DNA of 13,104 nucleotides from a virus (Duplodnaviria; Heunggongvirae; Uroviricota; Caudoviricetes): IMG/VR virus record IMGVR_UViG_645058835_000001, positions 1 to 13,104 of that record; one strand, 5' to 3'. Shown piece by piece: positions 5,993 to 13,104 of this stretch (position 1 is its first letter; each line of letters starts with the position of its first letter). The notes under the pieces were generated by a model. It saw only the letters and a program-made list of their open reading frames with translations, ran no database searches and was not told where the DNA came from. The position numbers and the translations under genes were made by a program.

Positions 5993-7000
5993 GTGATGGC
6001 TTTGATTGCTTTGCTGTCTGTTGGCGGTTTTGCTTATATCGCTGAGATCGCAAAGAACACGCCAAGCGCCGCAAACATCGTTGCCTATGCAATGCAGGTT
6101 CGCGAAACCGCAATGGAACGCTACGCCATCAACCGCATGACTGAAGCGACGGAATTGCTCTATTCCCGCAACGGAATGACTGCAACGCAGAAGTACGAAG
6201 CTATTCAGGCGATTTTCACGCAACTGACAGACCATGCAAAAACCGGATCGCGTCGCGGCCTTCGCTCATTTGGCGAGGTCATGGAAGACTGGGTTAGCGA
6301 CCTTGAGAAGCGATTTGACCCGTCAGGCGAACAACGAGGAATGAGCACAGGTATCCCATCGCTGGACAGGATGCTGTCACCGAAAGGTCTGGTGAAAGGC
6401 TCTCTGTTTGTCATTGGCGCTCGCCCTAAGATGGGGAAAACGACGCTATACAGCCAGATGGCAATCAACTGCGCAGTTCATGAGAAAAAGCCCGCTCTGA
6501 TGTTCAGCCTTGAAATGCCAGGTGACCAGATACTGGAAAAACTGGTAGGACAGAAGTCAGGTGTTAACCCGAATATTTTTTACCTTCCGGCGACAAATGA
6601 CGCCGATGACGGCTATCAGGGTGATTACGATGGTGACTTCAACAGGGCGATCGAAACAGCTAATCGCTTGAGTGAAATCGACCTGCTTTACATCGACGAC
6701 ACGCCGGGATTATCTCTGGCTCAAATCGTCAGCGAAAGCCGTCGAATCAAGCGAGAAAAAGGATGCGTTGGCATGATTCTGGTCGATTATGGGACGGCAA
6801 TGAACCCGGCGACAACTGGCGCAGCAGTAAGCTACGGACTTCTTACTCGCGCCTATGAGAGCGAGCCATTCAGAAATGCAATGCTCCGAATGGCAAACAC
6901 ACCACGCGGATCAACAGCGTTTGAGAAAGCCATGCAGCAGGCGCAAAAGGCCATTAACTCCCTGGCGCAGGGGGCTAAGTCTGATGCGTTGTCAGAATAG
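5993..7000 (+). CDS. DnaB-family replicative helicase homologue, truncated at both ends relative to canonical DnaB (possible remnant)
   Basis: LSVGGFAYIAEIAKNTPSAANIVAYAMQVRE closely matches the E. coli DnaB N-terminal-domain segment SVGGFAYLAELSKNTPSAANISAYADIVRE (recalled from memory). Walker A GARPKMGKTT, ALMFSLEMPGDQI and Walker B GMILVDYG are present. The frame is closed by TAG immediately upstream of 5993, and no DnaB-like sequence follows the Walker B region. Confidence 0.6.
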   Translation: MMALIALLSVGGFAYIAEIAKNTPSAANIVAYAMQVRETAMERYAINRMTEATELLYSRNGMTATQKYEAIQAIFTQLTDHAKTGSRRGLRSFGEVMEDWVSDLEKRFDPSGEQRGMSTGIPSLDRMLSPKGLVKGSLFVIGARPKMGKTTLYSQMAINCAVHEKKPALMFSLEMPGDQILEKLVGQKSGVNPNIFYLPATNDADDGYQGDYDGDFNRAIETANRLSEIDLLYIDDTPGLSLAQIVSESRRIKREKGCVGMILVDYGTAMNPATTGAAVSYGLLTRAYESEPFRNAMLRMANTPRGSTAFEKAMQQAQKAINSLAQGAKSDALSE

Positions 7001-7088
7001 CTTCGCAAACACCAGGAACGTGCAAAAACCAAATATGTAGAACGCAATATTCAGCATATCTCTTTGCATAAATCCTCCGTAACTGAGG

Positions 7089-7349
7089 TTAGCTGCTGTC
7101 TTTTTTATATAGCTCCTTGAGCGTATCAAAGACAATTTTCTTAACCATATCAGATTGTTGTTCTGCCATACGCTCTGCATCGTCAATGTAAACGGATGCA
7201 GAGCTTTGTTTAGCCAATGATTCTTCAATCGCTGCAATTATCTCTGAGTTCAGCGATCTGTTATTCATCTTCGCACGCTGTTTAATTTTCGCGTGGAGTT
7301 CATGCGGAAGTCTCAAGTGAAACTGCGCCTCGTCGTATTTGCTGTACAT
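7089..7349 (-). CDS. mnt: Arc/Mnt-family ribbon-helix-helix repressor (P22 Mnt-like)
   Basis: From MYSKYDEAQFHLRLPHELHAKIKQRAKMNNRSLNSEII...: an RHH motif (NxRSxNSE) and a C-terminus DDAERMAEQQSDMVKKIVFDTLKELYKK that closely matches the P22 Mnt C-terminus as recalled. Start at 7349 chosen by alignment; the track ORF extends to 7382. Confidence 0.65.
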   Translation of the reverse strand: MYSKYDEAQFHLRLPHELHAKIKQRAKMNNRSLNSEIIAAIEESLAKQSSASVYIDDAERMAEQQSDMVKKIVFDTLKELYKKDSS

Positions 7350-7480
7350 CCTTGATGCCTCACCAGTTGGGTGGAATGGCATCGTAACCTACTGGATAAA
7401 TACTCAATAGTACCATTTCGGTATGCAATCACATCATGGTTGCATCATATCATTCGTCTGGAGCAATGAAATGTCAGATA

Positions 7481-7990
7481 TCACCTACCATGATTCTCAT
7501 GATAACCATAGGTCTTTTCAGCCTCACGCCTTACAGCAATTGCATCATCGAGACTCTTAAAGTATCCGAGATTAATGCGCTTCCCTGCGTCGCTAATATA
7601 TGCCACCCACTTTTTATGGGTCTTATGCCATGAAACCCCTGCGCACCCAGATGTATTGTTTGTGTATTTAGATTTGTTTTTTAGGTTTTCACCGAGACTA
7701 ACTAGACGCAGGTTGTCTATTGAATTATTTAACCCATTACCATCTTTATGGTCAATTTGCATTCCGGAAGGGATTTCACCATAACACATTTCCCATATTA
7801 TCCTGTGGGCGGCGTATATTTTATCTTGATACCTAATAATTATATAAGAGGTTTTCTTGTTCTTGTCCTTGAATATATGTCCTGCAGGCTTTTCTTTAGA
7901 GATATTGAACATTTTGGGTCTTGAAAGATATTGGTCACTCCAGTACAGGAGTCCATCGTCTTTTAATACGAATACTTCGTTCCAGTTCAT
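7481..7990 (-). CDS. HNH endonuclease with C-terminal AP2-type DNA-binding domain (homing-endonuclease-like)
   Basis: HNH_3-type motif HRIIWEMCYGEIPSGMQIDHKDGNGLNNSIDNLRLVS; AP2-like CAGVSWHKTHKKWVAYISDAGKRINLGYFKSLDDAIAVRREAEKTYGY; AAGGTGG Shine-Dalgarno 5 nt before the ATG at 7990. Confidence 0.75.
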   Translation of the reverse strand: MNWNEVFVLKDDGLLYWSDQYLSRPKMFNISKEKPAGHIFKDKNKKTSYIIIRYQDKIYAAHRIIWEMCYGEIPSGMQIDHKDGNGLNNSIDNLRLVSLGENLKNKSKYTNNTSGCAGVSWHKTHKKWVAYISDAGKRINLGYFKSLDDAIAVRREAEKTYGYHENHGR

Positions 7991-8077
7991 GTTAACCACC
8001 TTTAAATAAAGTGCACTCATTATACAAAAAACATGCTAGCAATGAATATTGCTGGCTTAACATATAGAGAAATTAAA

Positions 8078-10210
8078 ATGACAGATTCAATAAATGCCAA
8101 TGTTGTAGTGAGTATGCCTTCGCAACTCTTCACTATGGCGCGTTCTTTTAAAGCCGTAGCCAATGGCGAAATTTATATCGGGAAAATTGACACTGACCCG
8201 GTAAATCCTGAAAACCGGGTTCAGGTTTATGTAGAGAATGAAGACGGTTCTCACGTTCCTGTTTCTCAACCAATCATCATTAACGCTGCTGGTTATCCGG
8301 TATATAACGGACAGATTGCCAAATTCGTTACCGTGCAAGGCCATTCTATGGCTGTTTATGATGCATATGGTGCTAAGCAGTTCTATTTTCCTAATGTGCT
8401 TAAGTATGACCCTGACCAGTTCAGGGCAATTATAGAGTCACCAGAAGGTGCTGGACACGTAGGATATCAGTATCGCAGGAATACAGGGTCGACCATGAGA
8501 ATGGTAAGCGATGTGCTGGATGAGCGTGTGAGCCTGTGGGATTTTCATTGTGACCCATCCGGCAATGTAATTCAGCCAGGACCAAACGTTGACAGTCGCC
8601 AATATCTACAAGCAGCAATTGATTATGTATCGTCTAATGGAGGTGGAACAATCACCATTCCAGCAGGCTATACGTGGTATCTTGGATCTTATGGTGTTGG
8701 AGGAATTGCAGGGCATAGTGGAATTATTCAGTTGCGCAGCAATGTTAATCTAAATATTGAAGGTAGAATTCATCTTTCTCCATTCTTTGACCTTAAGCCA
8801 TTCCAGGTATTTGTTGGTTTTGATAATGCCGACCCATCGGCATCAGGAAATCTTAACAACTGCAATATCTTTGGCAGAGGTGTGATTGATTTTGGTGGTT
8901 ATAACTTTGGTAGCACTTCACAATTGAGATGCGGAATTGCTTTTGGTCGTAGTTACAACTGCTCAGTAACCGGTATTACCTTTCAGAATGGCGATGTTAC
9001 TTGGGCAATTACTACTGGCTGGAACGGCTACGGATCTAACTGTTATGTGCGTAAGTGCCAGTTTATTAATCTAGTGAACAGCAGTGTTAACCGTGACCAC
9101 AGTACTGTTTACATTAACTGTCCTTACAGTGGTGTAGACATCTGCTACTTCAGTATGGCCAGTTCGTTCGCAAGACAAATAGCTTGCTCTGTAGAGCTGC
9201 ACCAGCATGATACGTTCTATCGTAATAGTACCGTTAACGGTTATTGCCGTGGGGTATATGTAGTTATGCATGCACTAGAGTCTGAAGGTGCAGGCGCGTA
9301 CGGCTATAACATGCAGGTTCAAAACAACATCGCTACGATATATGGTCAGTTTGCAATCCTCAGTTCTGATGCATCTGGTGCAGTTACCGCGCATCTTAAT
9401 GACGTCCTGGTATCAGGTAACGTTGTAATTATTGGTGAGCGTGCTGCGTATTCCGCCCCTTTCAGCGCATTCATTGATATCGCACCGGATAATAACGGTG
9501 TAAACACCACACAGGATATCAAGAGGGTGCTTGTGACTGGTAATACTTTCTATGCCCCGGCTAATATTACAGATAGTGCTGCCGTCACCATAAGGGCTAA
9601 CATAAACGGCTGCGCCATATCTGGTAACATGTTTGACTGTCGCTACATGATTTACAATGCACCTGGAATGACTACAGTTCAAGTGAAAAACCTTGTATGG
9701 GATAGGTCTAACATTATCGGATGTACCCACGCTAATCAACGTGCAGAACAGAATCTATTTGATATGCAGTTTGCATCTGTAGTAAGCAGCACTATAGAAG
9801 TACAGCTTAGCTGTGAAGATCTGAGCATGTTTAGCTGCATACTCTTCCCTGCATCATGTCAGTTGTCGTACTCGAAGATAACGGTAGATTCTGCATGGAC
9901 AAATAGCATGTCAAATACCGCGGTATTTGAAGGTAATCAACAGGCAGGTGCTAATGTATATGTGTCGTATCCAGCTACCGTTAACCTTACAAGTTACAAC
10001 ACCCAAGGAGCGGTTCCTTTCTTTAGTACAGACACTAACTACGCATGGGTTACCAGCGCCTACTCTTTAAGTATTAACGAAAATTTAGATTTCTCGCCAC
10101 CAGCTACTTATACCAATAAAGCCAACGGACAGTTGGTTGGGGTTGGGTATAACGAGATAGGTGAGGTGCGTTCAGTTAGTGTGAGGTTGATGCTGCAGCG
10201 TCAGGTGTGA
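8078..10210 (+). CDS. Phage tailspike protein: P22 gp9-type N-terminal head-binding domain plus a different beta-helix receptor-binding (probably polysaccharide-depolymerase) domain
   Basis: From [11 protein letters not shown]; residues 1-~115 closely match the P22 tailspike N-terminus (MTDITANVVVS...[23 protein letters not shown]...[10 protein letters not shown]...LIINAAG...[13 protein letters not shown]...NVLKYDPDQ, recalled). The remainder is rich in G/N/S/T/V repeats typical of a parallel beta-helix. Confidence 0.85.
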   Translation: MTDSINANVVVSMPSQLFTMARSFKAVANGEIYIGKIDTDPVNPENRVQVYVENEDGSHVPVSQPIIINAAGYPVYNGQIAKFVTVQGHSMAVYDAYGAKQFYFPNVLKYDPDQFRAIIESPEGAGHVGYQYRRNTGSTMRMVSDVLDERVSLWDFHCDPSGNVIQPGPNVDSRQYLQAAIDYVSSNGGGTITIPAGYTWYLGSYGVGGIAGHSGIIQLRSNVNLNIEGRIHLSPFFDLKPFQVFVGFDNADPSASGNLNNCNIFGRGVIDFGGYNFGSTSQLRCGIAFGRSYNCSVTGITFQNGDVTWAITTGWNGYGSNCYVRKCQFINLVNSSVNRDHSTVYINCPYSGVDICYFSMASSFARQIACSVELHQHDTFYRNSTVNGYCRGVYVVMHALESEGAGAYGYNMQVQNNIATIYGQFAILSSDASGAVTAHLNDVLVSGNVVIIGERAAYSAPFSAFIDIAPDNNGVNTTQDIKRVLVTGNTFYAPANITDSAAVTIRANINGCAISGNMFDCRYMIYNAPGMTTVQVKNLVWDRSNIIGCTHANQRAEQNLFDMQFASVVSSTIEVQLSCEDLSMFSCILFPASCQLSYSKITVDSAWTNSMSNTAVFEGNQQAGANVYVSYPATVNLTSYNTQGAVPFFSTDTNYAWVTSAYSLSINENLDFSPPATYTNKANGQLVGVGYNEIGEVRSVSVRLMLQRQV

Positions 10211-10348
10211 GTATTTGATATCTGCGAAATAATGTGCTTTTGCATAATTTACATGATAAACCAAGAAGAATTGTTTATATAAAAGCATGTAATGGTCACA
10301 CCATAAAACAGAAAGATGTAATTGATATTCCTTTTTTATTGTTGCGCT

Positions 10349-10375
10349 TTAACCACCTCGTGGCGAGGTGGTTAA
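10349..10375. terminator. Strong hairpin between the convergent tailspike and membrane-protein genes (terminator candidate, possibly bidirectional)
   Basis: TTAACCACCTC (10349-10359), short loop, GAGGTGGTTAA (10365-10375): an 11-12-bp perfect stem, T-rich on the plus-strand upstream side, located 13 nt beyond the end of the minus-strand gene. Confidence 0.5.
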
Positions 10376-10387
10376 CCATTTGGTTGA

Positions 10388-11614
10388 TTAATGCTTAAAT
10401 ACCTTCTGATTGTAATTTTTCTGCATGTGAATATTTTTGTTGTCGTTCATTTTTTTAGTGAAAAATCTAAACACAACAAACATACATAGCAATAGTTTAA
10501 TATTTCCAGAGAGATTGGTTATTATGGTTTCACTCATGAATTGAGTAATTAAACTCACACTAAGAATTGAATAAAGACCAAGCATGACAAGGTTTCCTGA
10601 TTTTGCAGACGAATATATTGCAGACAAAAGTACTCCATATATCATAGCACCAAAAGCAACCCCATAAATACCCATATCACTATAGAACGGCTGCATTACA
10701 GAATAAACATTTGTTGGTGATGGAATATATACGTAATCAAGGATTGTCTTTACTGGTTCTACTGAAGAAATACCAATCTTATAATTAATCGCATTAATAA
10801 ATCTAAGGGTGTAGTCACCACTCCAATTAATTCCGGAATCAATCAATGTTCCAAATGCAATCAAAGGTGAATAAATATAAGTGCCAAAAATATAAGCTAT
10901 CGTCGCCGAGTCATCATCAGACATTCTATAAAAATGCATGATAATAATACACGCAAGAACTACTGGGGCATATATGAATATTTTCTTCATGCTTATGCCG
11001 TTTTTTAATTCGTATATGGTAACAAACATCATTATTGGTGTAATAACAGCAAACTTACCCATTGTACCAATTGCAAATAATAAAATCCATGTGCAAACAG
11101 AAATCTTATCTATCCACCTTGATTTGAATATACATATAGATGCAAACATTGCCATAATTACCGGGTAAAAAGATGGCATAAATATAAACGTTGGGTACTG
11201 ATAGTCATCTTCTATATTAGCAAGCCTAAGATTCAACAAGAAATTAACAGGACCATTTGAACCAACTTTGTAAATTTCATAAGCGGTTATTAAGCAAGCG
11301 GGTATCGCTAATAATGAATATCTTGAGCATATCCTGTTTTTTTCTTTGATTTTATATTTTAATGGTTTGTTTCGTTGTGCAATTTCGAATACAGCATAAG
11401 AAAATGATGTTAATGATATCCATATCAACAAGCAGTAAAATGTTTCAACTCTGAAATCATAAAAGCTATCATAGGAAATAATCCCAGTAAAAGCCATAAA
11501 ATACCATGAGAATAGACTTAGCGATAACGGAGACGTAATTCTGCATCTCATATATTTTATAGCCAAAATATGCATGGCAGAACAAAGTACAAATATAATA
11601 ATAAGATATGTCAT
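10388..11614 (-). CDS. Polytopic inner-membrane protein, Wzy/EpsG-like (O-antigen polymerase-type) candidate
   Basis: About 408 aa, extremely hydrophobic and Ile/Phe/Tyr-rich with many predicted transmembrane segments; strongly AT-rich; sits between the tailspike and the integrase, where P22-like phages carry O-antigen modification genes. Start ambiguous: ATG at 11614 or TTG at 11632. Confidence 0.45.
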   Translation of the reverse strand: MTYLIIIFVLCSAMHILAIKYMRCRITSPLSLSLFSWYFMAFTGIISYDSFYDFRVETFYCLLIWISLTSFSYAVFEIAQRNKPLKYKIKEKNRICSRYSLLAIPACLITAYEIYKVGSNGPVNFLLNLRLANIEDDYQYPTFIFMPSFYPVIMAMFASICIFKSRWIDKISVCTWILLFAIGTMGKFAVITPIMMFVTIYELKNGISMKKIFIYAPVVLACIIIMHFYRMSDDDSATIAYIFGTYIYSPLIAFGTLIDSGINWSGDYTLRFINAINYKIGISSVEPVKTILDYVYIPSPTNVYSVMQPFYSDMGIYGVAFGAMIYGVLLSAIYSSAKSGNLVMLGLYSILSVSLITQFMSETIITNLSGNIKLLLCMFVVFRFFTKKMNDNKNIHMQKNYNQKVFKH

Positions 11615-11946
11615 AAAATAAGCCCGCAACAATTAAAATGCTGACACCCACTACTACTATATGATTAGTTTTTATACATACAGTATGTTCAAGAGTGAAA
11701 AGCCGCCTCTCGTTATCAAAATTTTAACATCCTGCGTGTTTTGTACAAGCAAGAACAGTCACTATCTTTCAAATATTCTAAAAAATCACCTTTACACCAT
11801 CTAAGACGATAAGAAAATGTGTGAAGTCTATCATCCAAGTCTCAATCGATCGATACTTGCGTTAGTTGATGAGAAAAAACTCTGGCACACAAGGCTTTGC
11901 AATGGCTTGCAAGGTTTTGTTTCTATCAGATAGTGGTTAAGGTGGA

Positions 11947-13104
11947 TCACTCCACCTTTTCATCAAGCCAGTCCGCCCACCACTGCATCATTTCTCTGCG
12001 CTTATCGAGATACTGAGCATGGTTGTAAATCCCGCGCACAGATCCGCCGTTGGCATGTGCCAGTTGCACTTCAATAGCGTCAGCAGGCCATTCGTGCTCG
12101 TTCATAATTGTGCTGAATTCATGCCTGAATCCGTGACCGCTTTCCAGACCCTCATAGCCGATTTGTTTGATCACAAGTAGCACCGCGTTCTCGCAAATTG
12201 GCTTCTTCTTATCGTTGCGCCCGGCAAAAACAAACTCTGATACTGGTTTAGTGATTGAGCTTAGTGTAGTGAGAAGTTCAACTACCTGGTCTGACATAGG
12301 AACCACATGAATTTTGCGTCCCTTCATCACACTGGCGTCGATGGTGATAATCCTGTTTTCAAAATCGACGTTCTTCCATTGCATGGAACGAAGCTCTTTC
12401 GTTCTTAGGGCTGTGTAGCGTAAAACTTTGGTCGCAATGAGCGATACGATGCTTCCTGAAAATGTTGCAAGTGCTTTGTTGAATGCAGGGATCTGGTCTG
12501 CAGGAAGAAACGGGAAGTTCTTCTTGCGGTATCCCTTCATGGCGTCAGCAAGGTCAGGTGCCGGGTTATATTTAGCCCTACCAGTGACAATAGCGTAACG
12601 GAAAACCTCGCCGCATCTTCTGCGTGCTTTGTTGGCTCGCTCCATTGCACCGCGATCTTCAAATCTGCGGATTACTTCAAGAAGTTGCATCGGCTCAATA
12701 TCCTGAATTTCAAGGCCGCCGATGATGGGTAAAATGTCGTCATCAAACATTTTTGCAAGTTCAGTCGCATAGCCTACTGACCAGACTTGCTTCTTGTGCT
12801 CGTACCATTCCTTGTAAATGGCGCTAAAGGAATTGTTGTTAGACGAAGCCTTTTTCGCTTTTACCGGATCGATGCCAACCGAGATGTCTTTCCTCGCGGT
12901 CCATGCTTTATCCCTTGCCTCCTGCAAAGTCATAAGCGGATATTTTCCGACGGTCAGGATTTTCTCCTTACCGTCAATCTTGTAGCGAAGCTGCCATACC
13001 TTTTTCCCTGACACAGGGACATAAAGGTACAGGCCATTACCATCGAGAAGGCGGTATGGTTTTTCTTTCGGCTTTGCTGCTTCAATCTGCTTAACGGTGA
13101 GCAT
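11947..13104 (-). CDS. int: Tyrosine site-specific integrase, P4/IntS-type
   Basis: 385 aa. The N-terminal arm domain (MLTVKQIEAAKPKEKPYRLLDGNGLYLYVPVSGKKVWQLRYKIDGKEKILTVGKYP) is typical of P4-family integrases; the catalytic region carries HGFRHEFST and VRGIYNHAQY (His-x-x-Arg, Tyr). The ATG sits at the window edge. Confidence 0.9.
   Translation of the reverse strand: MLTVKQIEAAKPKEKPYRLLDGNGLYLYVPVSGKKVWQLRYKIDGKEKILTVGKYPLMTLQEARDKAWTARKDISVGIDPVKAKKASSNNNSFSAIYKEWYEHKKQVWSVGYATELAKMFDDDILPIIGGLEIQDIEPMQLLEVIRRFEDRGAMERANKARRRCGEVFRYAIVTGRAKYNPAPDLADAMKGYRKKNFPFLPADQIPAFNKALATFSGSIVSLIATKVLRYTALRTKELRSMQWKNVDFENRIITIDASVMKGRKIHVVPMSDQVVELLTTLSSITKPVSEFVFAGRNDKKKPICENAVLLVIKQIGYEGLESGHGFRHEFSTIMNEHEWPADAIEVQLAHANGGSVRGIYNHAQYLDKRREMMQWWADWLDEKVE

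Larger units (their letters stand above)
1..13104. mobile_element. Segment of an integrase-associated mosaic prophage or satellite-like island; element boundaries lie outside the window
   Basis: Tyrosine integrase, tailspike, Mnt-like repressor, HNH endonuclease, Rep/SSB/DnaB-like replication genes and a defence-type SIR2 gene co-located; strong compositional heterogeneity between modules. Confidence 0.6.

Noticed and set aside
5972-6468. Track ORFs 5972..6235 (-) and 6205..6468 (-)
   Set aside because: Antisense to the DnaB-like ORF, whose homology fixes the coding strand.
6853-7237. Track ORFs 6853..7047 (-), 6855..7040 (+), 6992..7237 (-)
   Set aside because: Overlap the DnaB-like 3' end or the Mnt-like gene in other frames; no recognisable similarity; they sit in a short convergent spacer.
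7383-7480. Search for Arc- and Ant-like genes next to mnt
   Set aside because: No ORF resembling Arc (about 53 aa, RHH) or an antirepressor; the only ORFs here (7436..7633, 7575..7784) are antisense to the HNH gene.
7991-8077. Sigma70 promoter for the tailspike gene
   Set aside because: The only TTGCTG / ATTAAA pairing abuts the start codon with no room for a 5' UTR; the gene is more likely expressed from a distant late promoter.
8087-9739. Five track ORFs nested in the tailspike gene (8087..8344, 8238..8435, 8430..8618, 9071..9271, 9413..9739)
   Set aside because: Nested in or antisense to a gene with strong recalled homology; judged spurious.
10938-11651. Track ORFs 10938..11168 (+) and 11469..11651 (-)
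   Set aside because: Within the AT-rich membrane-protein gene in other frames; AT-rich DNA produces long chance ORFs.
11633-11946. tRNA or tRNA 3'-end fragment expected next to a P4-type integrase
   Set aside because: No T-arm-like GTTCGAATCC-type sequence or cloverleaf-compatible segment found; any tRNA target probably lies beyond 13104.
12787-13011. Track ORF 12787..13011 (+)
   Set aside because: Antisense to the integrase gene.
1-13104. CRISPR array, P2/P4-type cos site, P22 pac site
   Set aside because: No regularly spaced identical repeats of 25-40 bp; no GGCGAGGCGGGG-type cos core; no recognisable pac sequence.

Overview
This window reads as a mosaic, integrase-associated mobile element (a prophage or satellite-like island), assembled from modules of different ancestry. 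All calls below rest on motifs read by eye and on recalled reference sequences; no searches were run. From left to right: (1) an AT-rich gene for a SIR2-like domain fused to a P-loop NTPase and a helical C-terminal region, split into two overlapping ORFs (1..1230 and 1214..2482) by a +1 frame change inside an A7-C-A8 tract. This is the best candidate for an antiphage defence gene, possibly phase-variable or inactivated. (2) A ~700 bp convergent non-coding region (2483..3188) dense in hairpins, short tandem direct repeats (GTTGACGTT x2, TTATTATATGT x2, AACTCAC x3) and palindromes, suggesting an iteron-type origin or regulatory site. (3) A leftward, translationally coupled operon (about 5951 down to 3189): an SSB-like protein, four small hypothetical proteins (one 54-aa ORF absent from the supplied track) and a HUH-type rolling-circle Rep-like protein of the YfjJ/YagK (inovirus Gp2-like) kind. 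(4) A DnaB-family helicase fragment (5993..7000) lacking both the N-terminal ~100 aa and the C-terminal third. (5) A P22 Mnt-like ribbon-helix-helix repressor and an HNH-AP2 endonuclease where arc/ant would be expected. (6) A tailspike with a P22 gp9-type head-binding domain and a different beta-helix receptor-binding domain, followed by a convergent AT-rich polytopic membrane protein (Wzy/EpsG-like). (7) A P4/IntS-type tyrosine integrase at the right edge. No tRNA, rRNA or CRISPR array was recognised.
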